Positions 27,143-36,038 of a stretch of DNA of 64,000 bases are shown here, one piece after another. A program made the position numbers and the translations under genes. The notes under the pieces were generated by a model. It did not search any database. It saw nothing but the letters and a program-made list of their open reading frames with translations, and was not told where the DNA came from. Source of the DNA: Anaerolineae bacterium. GTDB lineage: Bacteria > Chloroflexota > Anaerolineae > B4-G1 > DUEL01. Where the stretch lies: positions 16,212 through 80,211 of the forward strand of contig DAOTYX010000079.1 in the NCBI GenBank assembly GCA_034434635.1. The letters are read 5' to 3'. The stretch's first letter is position 1, and each line of letters opens with the position of its first letter.

Positions 27143-27181
27143 ACAGGCACCTATCAGGTGCCTGCCACCTGACGTCACCTG
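27143..27181. repeat. Family D element ACAGGCACCT-atc-AGGTGCCTG…TGACGTCACCTG overlapping the stop codon of the thioredoxin-like gene
   Basis: Closely similar to 17783..17821. It provides the AGG TGA stop of the gene ending at 27175 and a 9-bp-stem hairpin. Confidence 0.5.
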
Positions 27182-27687
27182 AGCAGGCGTTGAATCTCCT
27201 GGCGCAGGTGCTCTTCCGTACCTGTGCCGTAGCCGATGTCACTCATCAGGATCGTGCCGTCAGCGGCGATCAGGTAGAGGGTGGGCGTGCCGCCGACGCG
27301 GTAGGCACTGGAGGCCCTGCCGTTCTCGTCCAGGACGGTCAGCAGAGAAACCTCGGCATCGTCCAGCGCCCGGTGCGCATCATCGGCGGAACCCATGCAG
27401 ATGGTGATCAGCACCAGATGCTCATCAGCGAACTCCTCTTCCAGGGCTGCCAGGACCGGCAGCTCTTCCAGGCAGGGAGGTCAAGAGGGACTCCAGAAGT
27501 CGAGCAGGACAGGACGCCCGGCGTAGTTGGAGAGGGAGATGTCGGCCCCTTCCAGGCTGGTGAGGGTGAAATCCGGCGCGACGGTGCCGTTCTCCAGCGG
27601 CCCGACCCCAAACAGCGAGAGCAGGCAGCAGGAAGAGAGGGTCGCCAGCGTCAGCAAGATGACAGAGATGTGGCTCTTCACCGGCAT
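27175..27687 (-). CDS. TlpA/ResA-like thiol:disulfide oxidoreductase with an in-frame TGA at the first Cys of the CxxC motif (candidate selenoprotein, UPPC)
   Basis: Signal peptide/TM, then APDFTLTSLEGADISLSNYAGRPVLLDFWSPS-[TGA 27483..27481]-PPCLEELPVLAALEEEFADEHLVL…GGTPTLYLIAADGTIL. This is collinear with TlpA (…VLLNFWASWCPPCR…). An AGGAGA RBS is present. The ATG overlaps the stop of the upstream peptidase gene. A hairpin GCUGCC-GGUCCU-GGCAGC starts 17 nt 3' of the UGA. Confidence 0.5.
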
Positions 27688-29015
27688 TCTCCTGTGGTCA
27701 GGCTCGTCTCGTGCGCCCAACCTCCGCTCCGCGAACAGCGGAGCCGGATGACCAGGCCGAGCGTCATGAGTCCCGCCGCACCGGCGCAGGGCAGGCAGGG
27801 AAGCGCGGGGGCGGGGGATGGCGCAAGTGGTGCGCTGGTGGGCCGTGGAGGGACGGTGGGGCGCTGGTCGGGCGGGCGTGGTGTGGCGCCGGTAGCGTTG
27901 GGGATGGGGGTGGGATAGGTGCCGGCTTTCTGGCCCAGCCATTCCCACCAGGCCTGTTGGAACTCCTCGAAGTTCAGGCCGGTCGCCTCCAGCAGGGCCT
28001 CGTCGGTGTTGCTGCCGGCGCGGAAGGCGGCCAGCAGGCGGCTCATCCCCTCGCTGCCCCAACGCTCGAACAGGAAAGTCACCGCGCTCAGGCTTTCCGC
28101 GTAGAGCAGGGCGACGCGCTCCTCATCGCCGGAGAAACTGCCGGTGGCCAGGCGCAAGGGAATCAACTCGCCGCTTCGGGCAGCCTCCTCCACGCGCCGC
28201 AGGGCGGCATCTGGGGGAAAGAACTCGAAATACTGGGCGAGACCCTCGTTCAACCAGGTGGGTGGGTAAGTGCTGAAGGCGTCACCGTGCACGACCTGGT
28301 AGAAGTAGAGGTGGGCGATCTCGTGCGGAATCACCCCGCGCAGGTACCATGGGTTGAGGGTCGCCTCCTGCGGCGGGATGATCTGCACGGTCAGCCCCAT
28401 CTCCGTGAATGCCTGCCCTCCCACCCATTCCTGCACGTACTGATGCCATGAGGCGAAGTCCTCGGCGTTACCGTACACGACCACCACGATCTGGTTGGGC
28501 AGAGACGTGCCTGTTGTTTCCTCCATCGTCTTGATGGCACGGTCGGCCCAGTTGAAGACTTCCTGGCCGAAGGTCGCGTCCCCGTCGTACCACCAGATCG
28601 CCAGATCCCCGTTCTCCAGAGTCTGCCAGTCGAAGCGGGAGTCCACGACGGTGAACTCCTCCGCCTCGCTGGTGAGCGCATGGCCAGCGTCGTCGCGGAT
28701 GGTCCAGGTATAGTGGACGCGGGCGCCAGGCGGGATGCCCCGCCGGCGCGGCGCCCAGTCCGCCTGGGCGGTCACCTGAGGGCCTGGCGTGAACTCGGCC
28801 ACCAGGACCTCGGTCGAGGAGTCGCCGCGGATACCGATGTTGAGCGTCACGCTGCTGATGTCCCCCTGAGCGGTGCTGGCCTCGACCTGGAAGGTGATAT
28901 TTTCCGGGTAACTGTTGGTCACTGTCGTTGCGCCGATGGTGATCGGGTTCTCGGCCTGCAGCGGGGGGGCCAGGAGGGAAAGGAGAAGCAGCACCGTCGG
29001 CCAGTGCGGGTTCAC
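27678..29015 (-). CDS. Secreted zinc metallopeptidase, Peptidase_MA-like (HExxH…NEGxAxY)
   Basis: A signal peptide follows the GTG start (VNPHWPTVLLLLSLLAPPLQA). The motifs are HEIAHLYFYQ and WLNEGLAQYFE. A PT-rich linker leads to a C-terminal hydrophobic segment plus basic tail. The GTG start overlaps the TGA of the radical SAM gene (GTGA). Confidence 0.55.
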   Translation of the reverse strand: MNPHWPTVLLLLSLLAPPLQAENPITIGATTVTNSYPENITFQVEASTAQGDISSVTLNIGIRGDSSTEVLVAEFTPGPQVTAQADWAPRRRGIPPGARVHYTWTIRDDAGHALTSEAEEFTVVDSRFDWQTLENGDLAIWWYDGDATFGQEVFNWADRAIKTMEETTGTSLPNQIVVVVYGNAEDFASWHQYVQEWVGGQAFTEMGLTVQIIPPQEATLNPWYLRGVIPHEIAHLYFYQVVHGDAFSTYPPTWLNEGLAQYFEFFPPDAALRRVEEAARSGELIPLRLATGSFSGDEERVALLYAESLSAVTFLFERWGSEGMSRLLAAFRAGSNTDEALLEATGLNFEEFQQAWWEWLGQKAGTYPTPIPNATGATPRPPDQRPTVPPRPTSAPLAPSPAPALPCLPCAGAAGLMTLGLVIRLRCSRSGGWAHETSLTTGECR

Positions 29016-29983
29016 CGACACCCCCCCTGCGCCGCTTCGGGCCGCTCCCCGGCGTCGGCCTCGATGCGCGTCGCGCCCGACCACACTGCCACAGGGACGC
29101 GTTGGATGGCGACGCCGTGCAGCGTTTCCATCTCAGCGCGGGTCAGCAATGGTGTGCCCTCCAGGGCGTACTGGCGGTCAAGGCGGTGGTACTTGGGCTG
29201 GCCCAGGTTGGTGTAGGCCAGCAGGTCCCACCGTTGGACAGTGGGGAGGTTGGCGGCGATGAAGTCGCCCAGGGCGGCGATGTTGTCCGCGTCGGCGGTG
29301 TAGCCGGGGATGACGGGGGTGCGGATCCACATCGGCAGCCCGGCGGCGGCGATGCGGCGGGCGTTCTCCAGGATAGCGCGGTTATCCATACCCGTGGCAG
29401 CGCGGTGACGGCCCGCGTCGAACAGTTTGAGGTCATAGAGCACCAGGTCCACCCACGGCAGTACCTGTTCCATCCGCTCCCAGGGGACGGCGCCGCATGT
29501 GTCGAGGGCGACGTGGATGCCGGCGGCGCGGCAGAGGCGGGCCAGCGCCAGGACGAAGTCGGCCTGGGCCAGCGGCTCGCCGCCGGAGAACGTCACCCCG
29601 CCGCCGGAGGTCTCGTAGAAGACCGTGTCTTTCTGGATTTCGGCGCAGAGCGCTTCCGGTGTCCACTCCCGGCCGATGACCTCCAGCGCTCCGGCTGGGC
29701 AGGCGCTGGCGCAGTCGCCGCAGGCGGTGCAGCGGGCGCGGTCGATGCGCATCCCCTGCGGGGTCAGTTCCAGCGCGCCAACCGGGCAGGCGCGCAGGCA
29801 GTCGCGCGCGGCGATGCAGCGCAGGTCATACCAGACCAGTTCCGGGCGCGGGGAGAGCCCTTCGGGGTTGTGACACCAGGCGCAACGGAGGGGGCAGCCC
29901 TTGAAGAAGACGGTGGTGCGGATGCCGGGGCCGTCCTCGGTGCTGAAACGCTGCAGGTTGAAAGTCGTGCCGATCATGCTCAT
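29012..29983 (-). CDS. Radical SAM enzyme, glycyl-radical-enzyme activating protein family (PflA-like with ferredoxin-type insert)
   Basis: GCPLRCAWCHNPE (CxxxCxxC). Two additional Cys clusters (CIAARDCLRACP, CTACGDCASACP) typical of long GRE activases. A C-terminal TIM-barrel portion. A GGGGAGAG RBS precedes ATG 29983. Confidence 0.7.
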   Translation of the reverse strand: MSMIGTTFNLQRFSTEDGPGIRTTVFFKGCPLRCAWCHNPEGLSPRPELVWYDLRCIAARDCLRACPVGALELTPQGMRIDRARCTACGDCASACPAGALEVIGREWTPEALCAEIQKDTVFYETSGGGVTFSGGEPLAQADFVLALARLCRAAGIHVALDTCGAVPWERMEQVLPWVDLVLYDLKLFDAGRHRAATGMDNRAILENARRIAAAGLPMWIRTPVIPGYTADADNIAALGDFIAANLPTVQRWDLLAYTNLGQPKYHRLDRQYALEGTPLLTRAEMETLHGVAIQRVPVAVWSGATRIEADAGERPEAAQGGCR

Positions 29984-30034
29984 CTCTCCCCATTCTACTC
30001 CGTACTGTCGCTCCGCACAAGCGCGGAAGCGCAG

Positions 30035-30122
30035 GGGATTTCGAAGCAAATCCCAATCTGGGGACGGAGTCGAGGCTTTAGCCAGCGCAAACGTGGCTCA
30101 AACCGGCTGAAGCCTCGACTCC
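30035..30122. repeat. Two strong hairpins in a divergent intergenic region: GGGATTT-cgaagc-AAATCCC (30035..30054) and an 18-bp-stem hairpin GGAGTCGAGGCTTTAGCC…GGCTGAAGCCTCGACTCC (30066..30122)
   Basis: Inverted repeats read directly. The second has one G·U pair in 18 bp with a 21-nt loop. Confidence 0.55.
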
Positions 30123-30188
30123 GGACGGGAAAAGCAGCATCGACATAGCCTAAATCGCCTCTGCCTCGAACACCCGCACCATCTGCCA

Positions 30189-30216
30189 TTTGACAAAGCC
30201 GATGGGGTGAGTACAA
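30189..30216 (+). promoter_or_regulatory. Sigma70-like promoter TTGACA–16 nt–TACAAT for the first amino-acid ABC operon, followed by a ~143-nt leader
   Basis: TTGACA at 30189..30194 and TACAAT at 30211..30216. Confidence 0.5.
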
Positions 30217-30366
30217 TAAAACTCATGCTGCCCAAGAGGCTGCGGAACGATCCTCCCTCTGTTGCAAGGACAGGAAAGGAGGTGATTCACCCCTGGCGAA
30301 GAAAGACGTATCCCCCTGAGAAGTGTCTGCCGTTTCTTTGCAAGCATAAAGTGAGGAGATAAGAAG

Positions 30367-31161
30367 ATGCGCAAGAACCTGATTCTGACGGCATTGGCGT
30401 TGCTGGCGCTGTTGGCTGCCAGCTGCACCCCTGCCACCCCCACCGCGCAGCCCACCGAGGCCGCGGGCTATGACCTGGGCGGCCGCGAGATCCGCATCGC
30501 GGTGGAGAACGCCTACCCGCCCTTCAACTTCATTGACGAGGCCACCAGCGAGCCGATGGGCTGGGACTACGATGCCTGCCGCGCCATCTGCGAGATCCTC
30601 AACTGCACGCCGGTCTTCGTCGAGGCAGCGTGGGAGGGCATCTTCGAGGCCACCGCCGCTGGCGAGTACGACATGGTCGCCGACGGCGTCACCATCACCG
30701 CTGAGCGGGACCAGATCGTGGACTTCTCTATCCCGTACATGATTATCCGCCAGGTGATCCTGGTGCGCATAGACGAGACGGAGATCGTGGATCAGGAGAG
30801 CCTGGTGGCCAGCGACGCGATCGTCGGCACGCAGATCGGCACCACCAACGAGGCGGTAGCCATCGAGCTCGTGGGCGAGGATCGCGTGCACAGCTTCGAC
30901 ACCTTCGACCTCCCTGTGCAGGCGCTCATCGCCGGCGATGTGGACGCGGTGGTCATTGACCAGGAGGCGGCGGAGGGGTTCGTCGCCACCAACCCCGACA
31001 AGATCAAGATCGTCGGCGAGCCGCTCACTGGCGAGGAGCAACTCGGTTTCGTCTTCCCGCCGGGCAGCGACCTGATCGAGCCCATCAACTACGCGATCAC
31101 CGTGTTGCAGGAGAACGGCACACTGGACCAGCTCTACCAGAAGTGGTGGGGCGAAGGGTAG
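30367..31161 (+). CDS. Polar amino acid ABC transporter substrate-binding lipoprotein
   Basis: Lipobox LLAASC and SBP_bac_3 family features ([19 protein letters not shown]). Confidence 0.8.
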   Translation: MRKNLILTALALLALLAASCTPATPTAQPTEAAGYDLGGREIRIAVENAYPPFNFIDEATSEPMGWDYDACRAICEILNCTPVFVEAAWEGIFEATAAGEYDMVADGVTITAERDQIVDFSIPYMIIRQVILVRIDETEIVDQESLVASDAIVGTQIGTTNEAVAIELVGEDRVHSFDTFDLPVQALIAGDVDAVVIDQEAAEGFVATNPDKIKIVGEPLTGEEQLGFVFPPGSDLIEPINYAITVLQENGTLDQLYQKWWGEG

Positions 31162-31239
31162 TCCTTGTTCGCCGTGCGTCCGGGGAGGCCGTGACGGCCT
31201 ACGGCCTCCCCCACCCTTTAATCGAAGGGGGCCGTCATC

Positions 31240-32133
31240 ATGCCCGAACCTGGAAGACCAAGCGCCGCCAGCGAGTTGCGCCGGCGGGAACCGGGGTTGA
31301 TCCCGTGGTCCGCCCATCTGAAGCGACTCCCGTGGTGGGCGCTGTTTCTGCTCCTGCTGGGCGTTGCCCTGGTCTACGCCATCCTTTCACGCCCCAACTA
31401 CACCGACGCCTTCCTGTTCATCGTCCCTGGCCTCAGAGTCACGATCCTGGTTACCATCATCGCCTTCCTGATCTCCCTGGTCATCGGCCTGATCGTCGGC
31501 TTGGGGCGCATCTCCACCAACCCCATCGCCTACAACATCGCCACCTTCTACGTCGAGGTGGTGCGCGGCATCCCGATGATCGTCATCATCATCTACGTCG
31601 CCTACGTGCTGGTGCCGCTGTTCGTGGCGATGGTCAACGGCATAGGGGCGTTTATCCTTCGCACTCCTTTCCTTGCCTTCATGGCCAGCGTGGGCCACTC
31701 CCTGGCGGCGATCAACGTGGTCAACATAGACCCCATGGCCCGCGCCATCGCCGGCCTGGCCTTCGGCTACGGGGCCTACGAGGCGGAGATCTTCCGCGCC
31801 GGCATCCAGTCTATTGAGAAGGGACAGATGGAAGCCGCGCGCTCTCTGGGCATGTCCTACGTCCAGGCGATGCGTTTCGTCATCCTGCCGCAGGCCTTCC
31901 GCGTCATCCTCCCACCGCTGGGCAATGACCTCATCGCCATGCTGAAGGACTCCTCGCTCATCTCCGTGCTGGCGGTGCGGGACCTGACACAACTGGGCAA
32001 ACTGAACCGCTCGCGCACCTTCCGCACCTTCGAGACCTGGAACACGGTCACTTACCTCTACCTCTCCATGACCCTTCTGGGCTCGTTGGGGGTGAAGTGG
32101 CTGGAAAGGAAGATGAAGAGTGGTGAACGATAG
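31240..32133 (+). CDS. Polar amino acid ABC transporter permease
   Basis: EAA-loop region [32 protein letters not shown] typical of the HisM/GlnP family. Confidence 0.8.
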   Translation: MPEPGRPSAASELRRREPGLIPWSAHLKRLPWWALFLLLLGVALVYAILSRPNYTDAFLFIVPGLRVTILVTIIAFLISLVIGLIVGLGRISTNPIAYNIATFYVEVVRGIPMIVIIIYVAYVLVPLFVAMVNGIGAFILRTPFLAFMASVGHSLAAINVVNIDPMARAIAGLAFGYGAYEAEIFRAGIQSIEKGQMEAARSLGMSYVQAMRFVILPQAFRVILPPLGNDLIAMLKDSSLISVLAVRDLTQLGKLNRSRTFRTFETWNTVTYLYLSMTLLGSLGVKWLERKMKSGER

Positions 32134-32872
32134 TGTGAGCGACAACATCATCGAGGTGCGTCACGTCTCCAAGCGCTTCAAACACGTCGAGGCGGTGCGG
32201 GACGTGAGCCTGAACGTGCGCCGGGGAGAGGTGCTGTTCATCTTCGGCCCCAGCGGCGGCGGCAAGTCCACCCTGCTGCGCTGCATCAACCGCCTGGAGA
32301 CGGTGGACTCGGGAGAGATCATCGTGGATGGGGTGCGCGTCACCGACCCGCACGTGGACATTGATGCGATACGGGCGGAGGTGGGAATGGTCTTTCAGCT
32401 GTTCAACCTCTTCCCCCACCTGACCGCCCTGCAGAACATCACCCTGGCCCAGGAGAAGGTGCGCCAGCGTTCGCGGGAGGAGGCAACCGAGATCGCCCAC
32501 CGTCTGCTGCAGCGGGTGGGGCTGCCGGATAAGGCCAACGCCTACCCCGGTCAGCTCTCCGGCGGGCAGAAGCAGCGTGTCGCCATCGCCCGCGCCCTGG
32601 CGATGAACCCCAAGATCATGCTCTTCGACGAGCCGACCTCGGCGCTCGACCCAGAGATGATCAAAGAGGTGCTCGACGTGATGCTGGACCTGGCGCGCGA
32701 GGGGATGACGATGGTGGTCGTCTCGCACGAGATGGGCTTCGCCCGCGCCGCCGCTGACCGCATGATCTTCCTGGAGTCGGGCCGGCTGATCGAAGAAGGC
32801 ACCCCGGAAGAGATCTTCTCTAACCCGAAAGAGGAACGAACAAAGGCTTTTCTGAGCCACGTGCTGTACTGA
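32120..32872 (+). CDS. Polar amino acid ABC transporter ATP-binding protein (GlnQ-like)
   Basis: GPSGGGKST Walker [16 protein letters not shown], Walker [12 protein letters not shown] and an H-loop. Confidence 0.85.
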   Translation: MVNDSVSDNIIEVRHVSKRFKHVEAVRDVSLNVRRGEVLFIFGPSGGGKSTLLRCINRLETVDSGEIIVDGVRVTDPHVDIDAIRAEVGMVFQLFNLFPHLTALQNITLAQEKVRQRSREEATEIAHRLLQRVGLPDKANAYPGQLSGGQKQRVAIARALAMNPKIMLFDEPTSALDPEMIKEVLDVMLDLAREGMTMVVVSHEMGFARAAADRMIFLESGRLIEEGTPEEIFSNPKEERTKAFLSHVLY

Positions 32873-32903
32873 GCCCCCACTTTTCACAGAGGAGAGAAGA
32901 ACG

Positions 32904-33764
32904 ATGAAGACGCTCAGGATCGTTGGACCCTTGCTGGTCGGAGTGATCCTGCTGGGACTGGTTGCCGGCTGCCGGCCGCGACAGGCTGCAGGGGAAGACC
33001 TGCTGGACCAGGTGCTGGCTGCTGGCGTGCTGCGGGTCTCCAGTGACGCCAACTACGCGCCGCAGAGTTACCTCGATGAGAACGGGAATTGGACCGGCTT
33101 CGACGTCGAGGTGGCCCGCGAGGTGGCGCGACGGTTGGGCGTCGAGCTGGAACTGATGGCCATTGACTGGGACCTCATCACCGCGGGCAGTTGGAACGCC
33201 CGGTGGGATGTCTCCATCGGCAGCATGACCGTCACCGAAGAGCGGACAGCGGTGCTATGGTTCACCAGCCCGTACTACTACACCCCCGCCGGCTTCGCCG
33301 TGCATGCCGACAACACCAGGTTCCAGACCCCGGATGACCTGGCCGGGGCCACCATCGGCGTGGGCACGGAGACCACCTACGAGCGCTGGCTGAACCGCGA
33401 CCTGACCATCGCCATCCCCGGCTACGAGGTCGTCTACGCCGACTGGGAGCCGGGCCTGGTGCGTCCCTACCAGACCGATGCCGAGGCCATCCAGGACCTG
33501 GCCCTGGGTGATGGCGTGCGCCTGGACGCGGTGATGTCTGCCATCCCCACCTTGCGCGAGGCGATCAACACCGGCCTGCCGCTGCGGCTGCTGGGCGACC
33601 CCGTCTTCTACGAGCCGCTGTGCTTCGCTCTCGACAAGAGCCGCGGCCCCAGCCAGGCCATGCTCGACCGGCTGAACCAGATCATCGCCGACATGCACGA
33701 GGACGGCACGCTGACGGCCCTCTCCATGCAGTTCTACGGCGAGGACCTCACCGTTCAGCAGTAA
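32904..33764 (+). CDS. Amino acid ABC transporter substrate-binding lipoprotein (second copy)
   Basis: Lipobox LVAGC and SBP_bac_3-like features. Confidence 0.75.
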   Translation: MKTLRIVGPLLVGVILLGLVAGCRPRQAAGEDLLDQVLAAGVLRVSSDANYAPQSYLDENGNWTGFDVEVAREVARRLGVELELMAIDWDLITAGSWNARWDVSIGSMTVTEERTAVLWFTSPYYYTPAGFAVHADNTRFQTPDDLAGATIGVGTETTYERWLNRDLTIAIPGYEVVYADWEPGLVRPYQTDAEAIQDLALGDGVRLDAVMSAIPTLREAINTGLPLRLLGDPVFYEPLCFALDKSRGPSQAMLDRLNQIIADMHEDGTLTALSMQFYGEDLTVQQ

Positions 33765-33787
33765 GTCAAGAAAGGCCAGACCTGAAG

Positions 33788-33872
33788 CCTGTCCAAATAA
33801 CCCTCGCAGCCGACACATCCCTATGCAGCAGCAGGCGGCATTGGGATGCCGCCCTACGGTTATTTGGACAGG
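33788..33872. repeat. Nested palindromic element (family A): 15-bp outer stem CCTGTCCAAATAACC…GGTTATTTGGACAGG enclosing GGCGGCATTGGGATGCCGCC
   Basis: Perfect inverted repeats. The core GCATTGGGATGC is also found at 17164..17183, 19597..19620 and 19685..19708. It sits in a 462-bp gap inside an ABC operon. Confidence 0.55.
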
Positions 33873-34226
33873 CACCTTCTGGAAGACTGGCCCTTTGGAG
33901 GGACGGAGGGGCGCGGCAGACTGTGCCCCTCCCAACCCATGTACCTGTTCTGGCGTAATTACCTACCCGGCTGCCCGCCGCCGTGCGCCGATTGGAAATC
34001 GGCCTTTCTGGGCGCCTGCGGCGCCAGGGTCGGCGCAGGCCGACCGCCGGCCGAAGGCCCCAAACGGGCGACTTCAGCCGGCGTGGGTAAGCAGTAGAGT
34101 AACTGCTGGGGGCAACATAGACAAAGTTTCAGCTGGTCAGGCTGGCGGTTGAAACCGCGCCTGCTCTGTGCCAGGCATGCCTTGAGAGTGACCTCACAAC
34201 CTTCGCGAGGGACAGGAGAGGTCGGA

Positions 34227-35012
34227 ATGAGCAGAGATTACCTCGTCAAAGTGACCCTGGTGTGGGTGGCCATTTTCGTTTTGCTGGGGCTGCTCTTCTG
34301 GCTGCTCCGTTTCGACGTGGCCTTCATGAATCACTGGGTCGGCTTCCTGGCCCAGGGCATCGGCTATACCCTGATCGTCTCCATCATTTCCATCATCCTG
34401 GCCGTGGGTCTGGCGCTGATCGGCGCGCTCGCCCGGCTCTCCAAGAACCCCATCGCCAACGGCATCTCGACCTTCTACGTCTCCTTCATCCGCGGCACGC
34501 CGCTCCTGGTGCAGGTGTACATGATCTACCTGGGCCTGCCTCAGGTGGGACAGAGCCTTCAGGCTTTGGGCGCACCCCAGTGGTTCGCCGACCTGTTCGT
34601 CCTGCCGGCCATCCCCGCTGGCATCCTGGCCCTCTCGATCAACTACGGGGCCTATATGACCGAGACCTTCCGCGCCGGCATCCAGTCCATCCACGGTGGG
34701 CAGCGCGAGGCGGCGCTGGCGTTGGGGATGACCCCCTCTCAATGCATGCGCCGCATCATCCTGCCCCAGGCCATCCGCATCGTCATCCCGCCGGTAGGGA
34801 ATGACTTCATCGCGATGCTCAAAGACTCATCGCTGGTCTCCATTATGGGCGTGATGGAACTGACCTGGCGGGCGAGCAAGGTCGGCCGGCGGTACTTCCG
34901 CTCGCTGGAACTGCTAAGCATCGCTGCTGGCTTCTATTGGGTGATGACGGTCGTCCTGCAGACCATTCAGGGGCGGATCGAGGAACGGTTAGGACGGGGG
35001 AGGCAAAGGTAA
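34227..35012 (+). CDS. Polar amino acid ABC transporter permease
   Basis: EAA loop EAALALGMTPSQCMRRIILPQAIRIVIPPVGN. RBS GGAGAGG. The start is at MSRDYLV. Confidence 0.8.
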   Translation: MSRDYLVKVTLVWVAIFVLLGLLFWLLRFDVAFMNHWVGFLAQGIGYTLIVSIISIILAVGLALIGALARLSKNPIANGISTFYVSFIRGTPLLVQVYMIYLGLPQVGQSLQALGAPQWFADLFVLPAIPAGILALSINYGAYMTETFRAGIQSIHGGQREAALALGMTPSQCMRRIILPQAIRIVIPPVGNDFIAMLKDSSLVSIMGVMELTWRASKVGRRYFRSLELLSIAAGFYWVMTVVLQTIQGRIEERLGRGRQR

Positions 35013-35815
35013 TGGCGCCGATCATCAAGGTCAGAAACCTGCACAAGCGGTTCCGCGACCCGGCCCGACGGGGCCAGTGGCTGGAAGTCATCCGCGGCGT
35101 GAACCTGGATGTCGAACCGGGCGAGGTGGTAGTGATCATCGGCCCCTCCGGGGCAGGCAAGAGCACCTTCCTGCGCTGCCTGAACTTCCTGGAAGAGCCG
35201 GATGGGGGAACGGTGGAGATTGACGGCGTGGAGATACCCGCCGGGGTCCAGAGCCACGAGCGCACCCGCCAGATCATCGAAATCCGCATGAAGGCAGGGA
35301 TGGTTTTCCAGTCCTTCAACCTCTTCCCCCATATGACCGCGCTGGAGAACATCATCGAGGGACCGATCACGGTGCGCAGGTGGCCGCGCGAACGTGCCAT
35401 CGCCAAGGCGGAAGAACTGCTCAGTTGGGTGGGGTTGATGGACAAGCGGGACGAGTACCCCATCCGCCTCTCCGGTGGCCAGCAGCAGCGCATCGCCATC
35501 GCCCGCAGCCTGGCGATGGAGCCGAAGATCATGCTGTTCGATGAACCGACCTCGGCGCTGGACCCCGAACTGATCGGCGAAGTGGTAGAGGTGATGGAGC
35601 GGCTGGCCAAAGAGGGTATGACGATGGTCGTGGTCAGCCACGAGATGCACTTCGCCTCCGACGTGGCCGACCGGATCATCTTTATGGAGGGGGGCAACTG
35701 GGTGGAGGAAGGACCGCCAGAGCAGCTGCTCCGCCGGCCCCAACAGGAACGGACGCGGCAGTTTCTCTCCCACATCCTCCGCGACCGGGATTCCGGCGAA
35801 CCCACCAGACCTTGA
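35012..35815 (+). CDS. Polar amino acid ABC transporter ATP-binding protein
   Basis: [35 protein letters not shown]. Its ATG overlaps the permease stop (TAATG). Confidence 0.85.
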   Translation: MAPIIKVRNLHKRFRDPARRGQWLEVIRGVNLDVEPGEVVVIIGPSGAGKSTFLRCLNFLEEPDGGTVEIDGVEIPAGVQSHERTRQIIEIRMKAGMVFQSFNLFPHMTALENIIEGPITVRRWPRERAIAKAEELLSWVGLMDKRDEYPIRLSGGQQQRIAIARSLAMEPKIMLFDEPTSALDPELIGEVVEVMERLAKEGMTMVVVSHEMHFASDVADRIIFMEGGNWVEEGPPEQLLRRPQQERTRQFLSHILRDRDSGEPTRP

Positions 35816-35839
35816 CATCCCCCGAATCTGCGGTAGAAT
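35812..35839 (+). promoter_or_regulatory. Sigma70-like promoter TTGACA–16 nt–TAGAAT upstream of the tRNA-Ala pair
   Basis: TTGACA at 35812..35817 and TAGAAT at 35834..35839. The tRNA starts 13 nt downstream. Confidence 0.5.
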
Positions 35840-35851
35840 ACTCCCGTGCGT

Positions 35852-35924
<73 letters not shown>

Positions 35925-35964
35925 CTGCCGCAGGGAGCAATCAGCCCAACGCTGATCTTTGCAG

Positions 35965-36038
35965 GGGCCCGTAGCGCAGTCTGGGAGCGCGTCTCAATGG
36001 CATTGAGAAGGCCGAGGGTTCGAATCCCTCCGGGTCCA
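35965..36038 (+). tRNA. tRNA-Ala (anticodon GGC)
   Basis: Acceptor GGGCCCG/CGGGTCC with G3:U70. D arm GCGC-AGTCTGGGA-GCGC. Anticodon arm TCTCA-ATGGCAT-TGAGA. T arm GAGGG-TTCGAAT-CCCTC. Discriminator A. Confidence 0.9.
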
